A stretch of 64,000 nt of DNA. Origin: Glaucostegus cemiculus. Lineage: Eukaryota. The position numbers and the translations under genes were made by a program. Below the pieces are notes generated by a model. The model saw only the letters and a list, made by a program, of their open reading frames with translations, did not search any database and was not told the origin of the DNA. Every line of letters begins with the position of its first letter. The first letter of the stretch is position 1. Shown piece after piece: positions 12,700 through 26,749 of this stretch. The stretch is taken from the NCBI GenBank assembly GCA_976551045.1, contig CDPCPM010000037.1, positions 25,234,001 through 25,298,000 of the forward strand, given 5' to 3'.

Positions 12700-14130
12700 G
12701 TACTTTCTATACTTTATCTTCCCTTCCCCTTTCTCCTTCTCACTTCCTCCTGCTTCTCAGTTCCTCATCTGGGGACAAGGGCCGTCCCTTCACAACGGCA
12801 AGGTTGTGCAACATGCAGCATAGTACTCAGAAAGGTAACATCAATTGTGCCAAGGGTACCTACCACAGAATGACTACAGCGAGGTCCAGGCAGCTGAAGA
12901 GCTGTTCCAGTCTACCCATGGCCTGCTCCGTCAGATCTTACCTGATGGTGTTGCCTTCACTGAATTCATGCTGAGTGTACAAGTTGTAAACCAGAGCCAT
13001 TAGCCACATTGACAGTACACCATCATTATCACTTAGGAATATGTCATTGTGTTTCAATGTGGCTGGCAAGGTAGACTGAGGAAGAGTGAAGATATGAAGC
13101 ATTATGCTCAATGTACTCAGTATTAACCTGCAGGACTAGCTGCTGATTGTCAGTCAGTGGCTAGACATTGAAGGAGTAGAATAGCTTTCAGCCGCTATAC
13201 CAACAAAGAGAGGAAAGGCCTACAGCGGGTGATTGACACGGCAAGGAAGATCACAGGGGTGCGCCTACCTGCATTGGCGGACATTTATGAGTCCCGGTGT
13301 CTGAACAAGGCTACAAACATCATTAAGGACTCTTCCCACCCGGCCCATCACCTCTTCAGTCTGCTCCCCTCAAAGAAACGCTTCAGGACATTCCACACAT
13401 CCACGGCCAGATTGAGGAATAGCTTCTTCCCCAATGCCATGAAAATCTTAAACAAGGACTTTAAATTTCACAGATTGCACTAGTTCTTTCTCGCTTCTTC
13501 TCTCTCTCCCTCTAATACATCAAGTAAACCCTACAGAGTAAACTCTAACTTAATTTATTCTCTATTTATTTAATAATTAAGTACTGTGCCTATTGTCTGA
13601 CATGGGAGTGCCAATGAAATCTCGTTGTTTTGTTGTCTCAACGGCTCAATGACAATAAAGCAATCTTGAATCTTGAATCTTGAATCAGCAGATTTAGTGC
13701 CGAGCACCTAGATTTTGATGTGTAAGCTGCCGATAGCCCCCTGCGCTGGGGAAACTGGCATATTCCCACTCTGCATGCGGCCTCTGGCAAGAGGTAGTGA
13801 AAGGTAGTTGTCTCCCTTTGAATTAGGAGCCACAGTGTCTTGTCCCTTACACAACCATGGATGGAATTCTCTAAGCTGTCGCAAGACTATCCAGTTCTAG
13901 CCTAGAAGGAGCCAGATTCATTAATGTGCAGTGCCACACTGACAGCACTGACAATGTAACCTTTCTCCTGTTCAAAGGTTACAGCTTCCTGAGGCAGATG
14001 GCAGATTTAAGTGAGGAAGTCTTTACTGAAGTACAGGAATCTCACACAGATTGGGGAATTGCTCCCTCAAAACCTGGATGGAAATGGCCCCAGGCTGAGA
14101 TCCCTTCCTCCACTACTATAGGTTTCTCCT
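12700..14130 (-). mobile_element. Degenerate PIF/Harbinger transposase fossil (split by a Rex1 insertion)
   Basis: Manual minus-strand translation gives ordered HARBI1-like motifs with stops: LYFSKDFLT*ICHL, VALHINESGSF*A, SFP..QGAIGSLHIKI, FYSFNV*, EQAMGRLEQLFSCLD, VLCCMLHNLA. Confidence 0.8.
13191..13685 (+). mobile_element. Rex1/Babar LINE 3' fragment
   Basis: Encodes ...IIKDSSHPAHHLFSLLPSKKRFR...RLRNSFFPNA, then AATAAA plus (ATCTTGA)n tail. Confidence 0.85.
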
Positions 14131-17100
14131 GCTGCTGTAGGTTCATCCTACTCTGCTTGCAGTCATGTTGTGTTCCAAGGATACCAACTAATGCATTCAT
14201 GGTGAGGACCAACCAATTTGTGACTTGCCTCGGATTAAGCAAGAAACCCTTCAGTACCTGCCACACAGTCCCTGGAAGCATCCAACAAATATTTGAAATC
14301 ACAGGAAGACAATCAGCAACTGTAATCATCTGACAATCCCTTCCTGCTGATGAACATTTATTATGTGTGTGAGGGTAAAAGCAGATGTTAGCTGGAATAC
14401 TTGTTTCGAAAATGGCACTGCTAATACCAGATCAGCACTTCAGATTGAGTGCAACGCAACCTGCCTGCCCTCACCAATAAGACATCCACCACAACTGCCA
14501 TCACGAATGTGTGCATGGAAGGCAGATGTCATTTCAAAGGGCATTAGTACTACTCTTAACACTTCTATGTAATATCAGGAAGTGTTCTGGTATCTTTGTG
14601 AAATTCAGTTTTTGTGCAATTAACTATTGGCCAAGTTGAAGGAAATTTTTCAAATGTGCTCATTTCTTGCGGTATATATGGATTGCTTACCTGCAAGTAT
14701 TTATAACTACATCGTTTAGTTCCCAGTTATCTGGGTCTTGGGAAAATATTTCCCTGAAATAACCTTCAGTCTACATTTACTTATGATGAATATATGTAGA
14801 AAGGGTGAGGCAGACGTTAAACTATGAGTTTACGCACACCTTTTATTTGCTGTTAATTAATTACAAAATGATTATGCCACTGGAGACAGTGATATCAGCA
14901 CAGAATTCTTTAAAAGCACTTGTTAAACAAGACCTTTATTTACCTTCAATTCAAAACAACATGCCGTTTTGTAACTCAACATTTAATTAGGATCGCATGA
15001 GGTTTCTCAGGGTGAAGCTCGTGTTGCAAAATGAAGATAAGAGATTGCAATGAGGCAATGGGCTTGTTGTTTCTGAAAAGTGAACATTTCTTCTTGCATT
15101 CAAAGACTGAGTGACATTGCAAAGAGCTTAAAGTAATCTTTTGATTTTTGATGAGTTCATTCAAACATGGGTGGTTCTGTCGAATTAAATCAAAAACAAG
15201 CCTGGTCAGATTTAACGTTGGATCTACTCTGATTAAATTATTGCCAATGGCAAAATAGCACCATGGAGGCAAGCAAACTTTCTACTTTGCTATTGAACTA
15301 GAGGAAGTATTTTAGTGGGTTGGCAATGTAGATCTGGCTTTGATCTAAGAGGTCCCAATTTAGTTAGCCCTTTCAGAGTCAGGACAAGAGAATATAAATT
15401 TTAAAATTAAACATAAAGGGTGGAATTTGTTTTTGGTCATTAGTACTAAGTGCATTATATGGTAGTGGCCTCAGTTGTATTCTGTAGGTTTTGGAGTATA
15501 GTGCAGCACTATATCTGGGCATATTTATATCTGTGCATTAACACTTGAATGTAAATCTCTAGCCCAACACTTGTGAATATGGTTTTGCTGTAATTTACAC
15601 AAATAAAGATATTAGCAATAAATTAGAACAAAGGAACAGAGGAGGGGAATAGATCAATTAACCTCTCAATCTTGTTCTTCCATTCAGTGAAATTAAAATA
15701 AATGCTATAACACTTAACAAAGATTAAGCTATCACAGAATATTACTGTAGCACTTTCAATGTCCCTAAAACATTTTATAGCTAATGAATTACTTTGCAAA
15801 TCTAGTCACAGTTATATGATGAAAAAATGACAGTATACACACAGAAGCATTGATGTTATCAATTGCCATTTAATTTGTGCTTTGGTAATGTGGGTTAAGG
15901 AATAAATGTGGGGTAAGGCATTGGGAGAGAACTGGTGTTCCTTAAATCCTGCCATTGGATTGTTTGTGTCCATTCAATTGGCAGCTGGGACTTTGGTTTG
16001 ACAGCACTTTCAACAATGCAGCACATAATCAGTACTGCTTTGAAGCAAAGGCCTAGATTATCCCTGTTCCTGGCAGGGAGACAGGTAGCCATTCCCTTTG
16101 CCACTGGGAGAAGAAATCAAAATGAGACTTCTGTAATTGGAGCATCACTCTAAGCAATATTACTTTGCAACGTTGGAGGTGTGGTGTGTGTGGCTTGAAT
16201 CAGGAGACCGTTTTCTGGGAAGGAAGAGTATGAAGCTCTGCTGTGCTTCTGAATCTATGTGGACCATTGGATACTCAGGTATTCAAGTGATAAAAGTGGG
16301 ATTGCTGAAAGGTCTTATTGCAGAAGAGGCCACCTCACAGATTCCTGCTATCTTCTTTTACTTCTGCTGATACCAGCTCTTTACTTCAGGTTTACTTTGT
16401 CTTCTTTTTCTAACCTGAATTCAAATTTACAAATACTTGGTAGAATTTGAATTCTCATTTGGATCATATACGTTCAAGTCTCAGAATTATCAATCAGGTA
16501 ATATTATTATTCTGCTATCAGACTCAAGACAGGACCTCAGTGAATCAGGAAGACAGCACACCAAATTCTCATAGGCAGCCAAGGATGGGGAGCAAATTGT
16601 TGTCAAAATTAACGGTTGCCTGCTATTCCAGCTATGAAATTTGATTACCCACTGATAATACCTTTGACAAACAGCAGCATTTGCCTTGCATACCATACAT
16701 TTCTAATGACAAAGCTGTACCAGACATGAGAGAGTGTGAGTAAACACAATATTGCATCAGTATCTCCAAAGGATGATAATTATTAACTTTGAAAGATAAG
16801 AAATACACAGTTTCTTTTTAATAAAACCAGACACCTCTTAAATCCCTCTCTCACCATCCCCTATACTTACCTCCATATGTGATGCTGTGGGGTCTGTTGG
16901 CTTCAAGAACCAAGCACATCACTGTCCTTTTATTATCTTGTTATTCTCACCTACGTAATAGGTACCTAAATGGATAAATAGCAATGCAATACACAAATAG
17001 CTATTGGAATGAAAGTTATTGTCTCAAGGAGTTGGTAACTCACAACAAGGGAATAATGCTTTAGATTTACAGAGCCATATTCAGACCACACATCAGGTAT

Positions 17101-17536
17101 TGCACCCAACTTAGATTTGTCTACTAAAATCTCCAGAGTGGGTGTGGAACCCAGAAATTTCTAACCCTGTGGCAAGAGACTACCAACTGAGTCACAGCTA
17201 AAACCTTGGGAAAAGGCTGATTCATAAATTCAGTGTTAGAATTAACCACTTACTTATATTTCTTGGAACTTATCAGCTGTATATCATTAGTGAATGATGC
17301 TAGATTGGTTATAAATAGAATTATTGTGACATCCCTCACAAAAGTAAAAGAAACTAAGAGTAAGAAAGTACTAAGAAAAGTTTGTGCACTTCATCCAGTC
17401 GCCCACTGAAATAGTCTATGCCAGCCCAGGTGATCTCAGCTCTGTTACAAGAGAATTAAAATAGAATAAATGTATCAAAATATAAACTCTATCATGTTGT
17501 GCCATGTCAAGTTCTATATTGATATACCACAACCTA

Positions 17537-17584
17537 TAACATTATACCTAAGTAACATTATACCTAAGTAAAATTATACCTAAA
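17537..17584. repeat. 16-bp tandem repeat x3 (TAACATTATACCTAAG)
   Basis: Direct inspection. Confidence 0.85.
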
Positions 17585-18148
17585 TACAATATTTATGAAT
17601 TGTAAAGTTAAATATGTTTTTGTCCCTGAAATCTCACAGCATAATACATCTCCTTTTCTGGATTAATCATGCAGTTTCATTACCTTTCTCATCATATAGT
17701 GTTTGTTGATATTGTTGAATTTATGACCCATATCACTCACTTTTATTGCTGCTTCAAACACTTGAATATAAGGTATCTCCGTGTCAGGTAATTGAAGAGA
17801 TTTCAGTACCAGTTAGAAAAATCTCAATCTTGATAATGCTGTCCAGGTGGACAATGCGTGAAGTGAGTCAATCTGAGAACATAATTTGATTTCCATCCCA
17901 GAACATTCCCACTGCGTAAAAAGACGGGTAAGTAAAAGAAAAGCAGCAATTAAATGACAGCTGGTGAGATAAAAATGGCCAAAATTGATGGGGTTAAGTT
18001 GATATTTTCAGCTGAGTTGGAGAAACCATGTGTGCATTTTAATTGTCTTCTTCCCTGTTATTTGTTTGTCGTTTAATTGACCATCAACATTTGAGTCATC
18101 AGGAAGAACACCCTAAATGTCCACATGTAATCATTTGTTTATTTATAG

Positions 18149-18282
18149 CTGCGTACAAGAGAGGAAGAAGACTTAGAAAATGTAAACTGACTCAACCAGT
18201 GCACACACATTCCTCACAATCTGGGCCAAAAATTGCAGAAAATAAAGCTTCCAGTCTTCCAGAGTTGGTTTCAGAAGGGTAA
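18149..18282 (+). CDS. RBBP8NL: RBBP8NL probable last coding exon (AAYKRGRRLRK...VSEG*)
   Basis: ttatag acceptor in phase 1. RGRR motif as in the RBBP8NL C-terminus. TAA at 18280-18282 overlaps a possible donor GG|GTAAGG. Confidence 0.7.
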
Positions 18283-18369
18283 GGATTCACTGGTAATTAT
18301 CCTAAATTTTTTGGTACATTGTCAAAGTCATTCATATGCTGTACCTGTCACCATCTGAAAATATGAATT

Positions 18370-18612
18370 AAACTTTATTTATAGAGCACAGTAACAGGCC
18401 GTTCCAACCCAACAAGCCCACACCACCCAATTACACCCATGTTAACCTGCTAACCCATACGTCTTTGGAATGTGGGAGGAAACTGGAGCACCCAGAGAAA
18501 CCCCACACAGTCACAGGGAGAACAGACAAACTCCTTACAGACAGTGACGGGAATAGAACCCCAATCACTGGCACTGTAATGGCGTTATGCTAACCACAAT
18601 CCTACCTGCTGC
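18370..18612 (-). mobile_element. V-SINE with CR1-type tail
   Basis: Same core; tail ggaacggcctgttactgtgct. Confidence 0.75.
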
Positions 18613-18939
18613 ACAGTTCATACAGCACTCAACTAGATTCTTGAATGTTGTGTTGGTGTGCTTTGGGAATAGCAAAGTGAGGAAAACTGGACAATATGGT
18701 GCAACCAATTTTTAGTCAGATACTCAGTTAGCCACCTGACTTGCACCCCAACCCTGAGACCTCCATTGGGAAAGGTATTCCCATCTCCTGCCCCTTTAAT
18801 CTTTTTCAGCTGCGTCTTTCTTGCTGTAGATTCTCTCTGCAGCAGACAATACAATGGGTGCATGGCTGGGTAAGGTTCTGGGTGTCTTCCAAGGGTCAGT
18901 CCTCCATTCCAAAGTGAAGAATCCCAGCCTAAAAAAATG

Positions 18940-19449
18940 TACCTGTTCCTCTGCCCAAAACCACAAGAAACTGCAGAGAGCTGGGGACACAGTTCAGCAC
19001 ATCACGGAAACCATCCGCCTCTCCAAGGACTCTGTGTACACTTCTCGCTGCCTCGGTAAAGCAGCCAACATAATCAAAGACCCCACTACAGACATCCTCT
19101 CTTCTCTACCCTCCCATCGGGCAGAAGATGCAAAAGCCTGAAAGCAGGTACCACCAGGCTCAAGGACAGCTTCTATCCCGCTGTTATGATTATTGGACAG
19201 TCCCCTAGTACAATGAAAAGGACTTTTCTACCTCATAATCTACCTCATTAAGGCCCTGCACCTTATTGTCTGCCTGCACTACACTTTCTCTATAATTTGT
19301 AATACTTTATTCTGCATTCTGTAATTGCTTTCCCTTGTACTACTTCAATGCACTGTTATAATGAAAGGATCTGTATGGATGGCATACAACACAAAGTTTT
19401 TCATTGTACCATGGTACATGTGGCAATGATAAACCAATTTACCAATTTA
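18940..19449 (+). mobile_element. Rex1/Babar LINE 3' fragment
   Basis: SAQNHKKLQR...SRCLGKAANIIKDP...LPS motif with its 3' UTR and tail. Confidence 0.8.
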
Positions 19450-21096
19450 TGCCTTCACAGTCCAATAGAAATTAATAGATAAATAAAGTAACACAGAAAG
19501 ACCACATCACTGCATTGGCAGGTTTAGCAAAGAGTTTAATTTTTGGCATATAGGATCAGGCTGTCCACTGTTAAGTATTCATCACGCTCACCCAATCATG
19601 GTTGCTCTACCTCACTTTGGTATTTAATGTTATTGTGCATTTGAGGGACATGGGTGTTGTCAGGTATTATCCCCACGCCTTGTGCTGACGAAACTGAGAT
19701 TTTAGTCACTTTGGTGAACATATGATTTGTATTTAATACTTTACCTGATGATTAAAGAACAGCTTCCAATACAGTTTGACCTTGATCGTTCAAAACCATA
19801 TCCTGCACCACAAAAAGTAATTATTCAGTTGTTTGAATTCTGAAATCTAAGTTTATTTAGAGGTGCTTAATTTTAAATAATTGTATCATTTGAATATTAG
19901 TTGATTCCAAATGAACAACCTTTAAATTCAGACCAGTGTTCCAAGAAAATTTGGGATCTTTCATTATCTGCCCCCAAATGACAGAAGAACAGAAATTTGC
20001 CAAGAATGGATTATTATAGAGTTCATTTTGAGTCTCTGTTTATTGTTTGAAAATGTTATAAACTTTTTCAGCAATGTTGAAATATTAGTAGCCATCAAAT
20101 CCTATTTTGACCTAAGGTGCAAGTTGGTGGGCCGGATCCCTGATGGGGGATTGGGAAATTGAGCAAAGCCAAGTTTGACCAAGATTCCAGTCCATAAGAT
20201 TCATCTGGGGGGAAACATGTGGAATATTTCTGTCCATCCTTCCATATCAAGAGGTCTATGAGGCGGTGCGGTTGTGTGTGGGGCAGGTACCTACTATCCT
20301 GTACCTCTTTGAAAAGACTGAGAACTAGATTTTTCCCAGGAAAGGCCCACAGACTCTCCCAGTGAATGGTGGGATGCTCTGCACCCAAGAAGCAATTGTT
20401 ACGTCTCTAATTTCTAATGGTAGAACAGAGAGTAATCACTTCATCTCCAAGCAGCCCAAAGACATAGCAGCGGGCAAAAAATACGATGTATTTAATGCAG
20501 GGATTGTGGGTGCTCAAAGGGAGTGTGCCAGTTTGTGGAATGCCTGAAACACTAAGTCAATAGCCAGCCATTTTCCTTCTCCTGTCTAAGGTGCACCTCT
20601 ATTTGCTTCTCGTCTCTAACCCAATCAACTCTATCTCTTGTCCCATTCTATTCACAATCAAACAGTGAGGGAGTACTCAGCGCAGATAAGGGAACAAACC
20701 TGGGGCCTTTCTTCTCTCTACAGATCAATAGCACACAACTTGGTGAACTTCTTCACCTTTGTGATTTGGGTTTCTTCTCGTTCATTCTCAGGATGGGGGG
20801 GTGGGGTTTACTGACAAGGCGAACATTTATGACCCAACCCAGGTAGCCTAAGACAGTGCTGGTGAAAATAAGTGAAGGAGTGAGCCAAGATTCAACCTCA
20901 TTGATGTATGGGACTGAAATAATGTTTGTATTCATTAAGTTATCCAATATGAAGTTGCTTAACTGAACTATTGATATTATCCACTTTAGCTTTACATATT
21001 AGAACATCACCATTACTACCAGCAAGAACAGAAGGGCATGCAACTACAACAGCTCCACTAGGAATTACTGCCCAGTTTCTGCTTGCCATCATTAGT

Positions 21097-21788
21097 ATCA
21101 GAATCAGAATCAGTTTTATTGTCACAACCATACACATACATAGTATGCATAGGAGCGAGATACCATCCTCCTCAGGTGCTCGTCCCATTAAATAACAAAC
21201 TGGACACACTGAACAAAAAAAATTAAAAACTACGGAAGTTTGAATTAAATTAAATACGGCAGGTTAAATTAAATATGGCAGGTAATTAAATAGTTATTAA
21301 AGTGAACGAGCTGGTGGCGGGCATTTAAAGTGCTGGTGCATTTCTGTGCACCTAGCATCCCTTAGTGTTAACAAGGAAGATGGAGGAATGAGAGAGTTCG
21401 CAGTTCTGATGGCTTGCAGAAAGAAGCAATTGCTCAACCTGGTCGTTCTCGCCCTGATACATTTGAGCCTCCTCCCAGATGGCAAAATTGTAAAGAGATG
21501 ATGGGAGGGGTGAGAAGGATCCGCCATTATATTTTTGGTCTTCCTAAAACAACGGTCCTTGTATATGTCTGCGATGGATGGAAGAGAGACACCTATGATC
21601 CACTCCGCAGCCCTAACTACCTTCTGGAGGGACTTCCGCCCAGCAGCTGAGCAGCTTTCAAACCAAACAGTGATACATTGGGTTAAGATGCTCTCAATGG
21701 TCCCTCTATAGAAAGTTTTTATAACTGAGGGATGAGAGTTCGCTTTCCTCAGTCTCCGCAGGAAGGCGTTCCTGGGCTTTCTTCGTGA
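21097..21788 (-). mobile_element. Rex1/Babar LINE 3' fragment (RT C-terminus)
   Basis: FLRRLRK...FYRGTIESILTQCITVWF...DPSHPSHHLFTILPSGRR, with (CTGATT)n tail. Confidence 0.9.
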
Positions 21789-21789
21789 T

Positions 21790-21985
21790 ATTGGTATTGG
21801 TTTATTATTGTCACTTATACCGAGGTACAGTGAAAACCTTGTATGCATACTGTTCATATAGATCAATTCACTACACTGTGCATTGAGGTAGTACAGGGTA
21901 AAATCAGTAACAAAATACAGAGTAATGTGTCACAGCTACAGGGAAGACAATAAGGTGCAAGGTCATAACAAAGTAGATTGTGAAG
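21790..21985 (-). mobile_element. Rex1/Babar-type 3' UTR fragment of a second subfamily
   Basis: Same tail as 19250-19449, 25017-25205 and 38520-38587 (cactgtacctcggtaca...aataaaccaat). Confidence 0.7.
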
Positions 21986-24900
21986 TCTTTGTTAAGTGAT
22001 GTGGTGCAAATGTGATCCTGATTGATTGCAATAGGTGGTGCCATTGGATGTGAATGTATCAAGGTTTATTCAGATATGGTGGTGCACCAATTGTGATTGC
22101 AAAGAAAGATCAACTTACTTTGTTGTTATATGAGGGGAACAAAATAATGAAAAGTACTGTTTTACTTTGTACAAAGTCTCCCGTTGTTGCTGGTTGAAAT
22201 GACTCATTGCAATGAGTGACTGTGAAGGAACCTCAGCATGGAGGTTAGTATTGCCAATCACTGCCCCCTGCTGGAAATGAACATGGACATCAGGAGAAGA
22301 CACTTGGAGAAGGAGAATTCAATGATACTGAGAATTCTTGAGTCCATGCAACCAAAGCACACTGGGCCTGTGTATCCGTGGAAGGAGCAGACCATCAACA
22401 GCTACCCATCTATGGAAAGAGTCTGCATTGGTCTCACTAGCTACCTCAGAATCTGGAGGAGGAGTAAGTCATCCTCAATCCTCAAGGAGTTGATGCTATA
22501 AACTCTTACTTTGAAATTATCATTCTCATTAAAATAATTCAGCCCATTGACTGCTGAAATCTCTACCCATTCTGACGCAGAAGCTTAAGGAAAACAAATT
22601 CAAAAATATTTTCTCAGAACTTTTGTTCTTTCATAAATATAAATATGATATCATATTGTCCAAAATGAGTTGCAGATACAGTAAGATGTTATTATGGAAG
22701 AATGACTAGGGAGTTTTGTTAACTTTTCCATCACTCTGAGCACCTTGCCCATCTTCCACCTCAAATCCCAATCTACGAACATTTACTGACGACCACCCTG
22801 GTGGCCACTAATGCAAAGGGGCTTCTAATTTGGCAATACCTCAAATTAAAAATTATCATCCTTCCTTTCAGATATCTATCTATTCAGGCAGCATCAGTGC
22901 AAAGAAGAAAAATGGAGATAATATTTGGGGTGGTTGGGGAAGTTCTGGACAGGAGCAAAAAAAGAAACCTATTCCTTTCCCCATCAAAATTCACTCAAAA
23001 TAATCTAACATTTTATAATATTAGTCACATCATCTTTTTGTAATTTGGTACAAAAACCGTTTGCATTGTTCCTCACTGGAATAATAGGGTAACCTAGTTA
23101 CAGCAGGCATAATTAAAGTATTGGGTGAAAACTGGTGATATTTATAATAAAGTATTTTGATACTATTTGGTAACATTAACTATTTTTGAAGATAGAGGGC
23201 CTGCAGACATATGTATTAACATTCATTAACTTTGCATTTTACAGGATCCTGTTATCACTTTAATAATATGTTTTCTTTTGCAGTCAAAACTAAGAACATT
23301 TATATGAAAATTGGAAAGCAACAGATTTGAAGATTGAAGTTCCTCAGAGACCAGAGAGAATGTATACAAGATTTTTTAATATTGCAGTTGTCACTTCCAA
23401 TCTTTTTCTCTGCATTACCTAATCTGTCAACTGAGCCTTCCAGTGGGTCAATAGCACATTTAGAATTGAACACTTGTACAAGAACAGAAATTCATTTTGT
23501 TTTTCATAATCGGTTGTGTTATATACTTAAGAAGGCAAATTAAAAAGTTGCACCAACAGAGTCACAATATTGTATGTATGACCCAATCTAGCTTACATTT
23601 TTAAAAATATCTTACATTTAGAACATTCAATTTCTTACCGATTTGGAGGATGCCTTAATTATTGATAAAATGGATAACCTCCATCTTGTATGTCCATATC
23701 AAACATTCCACATCAGATGAAACACAGGTGTGTATGCAGTAAGCCATTTGCTACTCAACACCACCAACCTTAACCCTAACCCCCTTCTAGCTGCTACCAT
23801 ATGTACTACCATTTCCAAACAATGGCCATTCTCACAACCTCTCCAAACAAGATTTGCAGTTTAATGTCAATTTAATATAAGATGACCTCTGTGCACAAAT
23901 AAATTAAGAACTGCATTCATTGCCTATATTCATTTTACTCGTAAAGTTAAAGAGAACAGAGGAAGCATTCAGACTTCCATGCATATTTCCTTGTCTTATT
24001 TTACCAGTCAGTTCTTCTGTTAGTCATCATTTGAGTGTTTAAAACATTCTGTTGCTGTTCAACTTTATTGAGTTAGGAAGCAGAGAAGCCCCCTTTTAAA
24101 AACCTCCCTCCGACTTTCCTCCTCATCTCTAAAGGAAAACATTCACCTCCACGTTCTCTTTCCCAGACAGGCCAATCTGGTTCATGTATCTGGTAAACCA
24201 GTTCAAATTTTGGTGCTAATTAATGATTGACAATGGTTTGCTTCAATAGTCCAAGTACACACATTGGCCTAGAGATTCTATTGCGCAAGATGGCACTTTT
24301 GTGTGTGATACAATGGAATTTTATTATACACCTCTGTATGTCAGTGGCACACTTCATGAAATTAGAAATTGGTACTCAAAACATTTAATGCAAAGAGGCT
24401 ACTGGACATGTGCAGAAACATCAAATGTCATGCATCACTTGAACAAATACTTCTGTGAAATTGTACCATGCACTGAAGCAAGTTTTAACTAGAGGGTCAG
24501 TCCTTATTGGCATTATTCAAAGGACCTAACCTTCCCCAAGCTGCTTCTGGAATGCCTGAGGTAAGTACTGTACTTAAGTTTGTTTTGTTACTGTTCTTTT
24601 CCACCCACCCTTTCCCCCTCGCTACCAATGTGCTCAGGCAATTCTTTCCCAATCCAGACGAGCTCAACTATTTTGCTGACTTATCCCGTCTACATCATCT
24701 CCCCAACCACACCATCCACCATCGTTTTTCCAACCAACTCAGCCATTTTCCCCACTGACTACCTCCATAACCAAACCTTCTCTCCAAAATCCTTCCCCAG
24801 TATGATCCACAGTAGGATCCTCTCCCCAGCTTTCCCATTCCACAATCACTCCCCTTCACTTCCTCCAGTTCCCCCTCAGCAACTTTCTCCCCTCATCCTC

Positions 24901-25016
24901 AAAATGGTTCCCAGTTGACTTCTTCTACAACCACAATGGTAGGAAGTGGCAGAGGAATGGCCTTTATGCAATTTTTGTCACTCAGATTCTATACATGACA
25001 GCTTGGCCTTTGTGCA

Positions 25017-25205
25017 AGTAAATTGGTATCCTAATGTCACATGTACCGAGGTACAGTTTAAAACTGTTTTGCACGCCATCCATACAGATCATTTCATCAC
25101 ATCAGTGCATTGAGGTAGTACAAGGGAAAACAATAACAGAATGCATAATGAAGTGGTACGGTTATGAGAAAGTGTAGTGCAGGCAGACAATAAGGTGCAT
25201 GGCCA
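25017..25205 (-). mobile_element. Rex1/Babar-type 3' UTR fragment
   Basis: Similar to 21790-21985. Confidence 0.65.
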
Positions 25206-26749
25206 TTGGAAAACTGGACACCCAAACAAAATTGGACAGGAACCCACTGTTACATTAACAAATGTTTTTCACCATGTTACCATTTCTAAGTATCAGAAGA
25301 CATTATAGAGAAGTTGTTCAACTGTGTTGTCTTTCCCTGGGTAGATATGTGACCATGTCGAATTTCTCTACAACATTTTTAAGAAAATCTTGTCATTATT
25401 AATTCTGTGTATCATTATATTTGCCATTGCTATTTAGTTACTGTGAGTAAACTCTCCAAAAGAATGTATTTTCTTCAAAGTGGCAGATGTCAATCCTGTC
25501 TTCACATTGTTCTTCCATTATTCTATTTCTTTACTTGTTTTTCTCTCAAAGCCACCTTGCTAACTGTAAATCCATGGGAAAAAAATCAAATGACACAAAT
25601 CTGTGCATTCATGTTCCAGCAACTAAACCAGAATCAGGTATAAAACATACTATAAATGAATAGAGCTTAATCCTTTTTCTAAGTAAGGAGTAATTGAAAG
25701 CTTTAATTATGTGAGATAAAAACAAATCCTAATCCTGTGTGTATGTATCAAACATATCAGTTTGTCTTATGTCCTGTATTTCACTGCTCTTTAGTGAAAC
25801 ATCTCATTACACTAAAACAACAATTGGCTAACAGTTGTCCTGCCTGTAACTCCAGTTAATCTCAGACTTGCTTCATTAGTTTTTTGAAAAGGACATCACA
25901 GTTTGTCTCTGGATAACTTGTAGGAACATAATTACATAACTCACTGTACTGTTCCAGAGAATATAAATGCTGCCATTGTATCTCTTCCTGAAGTATTTAC
26001 ATTGTTGAGGACCCCATTTAATAAGTTAATTTGATCAGAAACAGGAAACAGATTCCTGTCACTAGAGATTGTAAGAGAATTTTATTTACTGTATTAATGT
26101 AATACTTTCATTTTAGTAACATTTAAAATGCAAAGGAAAGAATCTGATTATCAAATGAAGCATTTCTACATTGACCATTGGACCTCAGTTCTTGGCATGT
26201 GTTTTCAGATCAACTCAGCCTAATGGATAGACAATGAATCCAGCAAGTTTATTCTGAGGATGGTGCTTGGTGCATTAGACCTATGTTTCAGAAGACCTCT
26301 TAAGTCTGTGCTAAAGCAACTTTTAAATTAATTTCATATTAAAATCCATCTGCTTTTGATCTTTCCACATGAAAGGAATTATTTTAAGAGGATAAAATAG
26401 TTAAGACTTTCTGCATACAAGGAAGGGTTTAAAGGGTGCATCCAGATTAGTATTTACAGCATTGGTCCCGGTGATCCAAGTGAAATTACCTCCAATGCAG
26501 GGCCTCAGCCCAAAACATCAACCATCCCTCTGCCTCCACAGATCTCCCTGACCTGCTGAGTTCCACCAGCAATTTGTTTCTTGCTTTGCAATTGGTCCCA
26601 TGTCAGTTAGTAGACAGAGGTACATTTCCAACTGCTCAACCTCTAAGTCCTGTGAGAATTCGGAAGGAAACGTCACATTATCTATGCATTTAAAATTTTA
26701 TTTAAAAATTAAATGAGTATGTTTCAAATTCACTTTGACACTATGTTGA

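Noticed and set aside
17902-17927. Micro-exon (cccag...CGG|GTAAGT) before the last RBBP8NL exon
   Set aside because: 26 nt would shift the frame relative to the phase-1 acceptor at 18149, and there is no homology.
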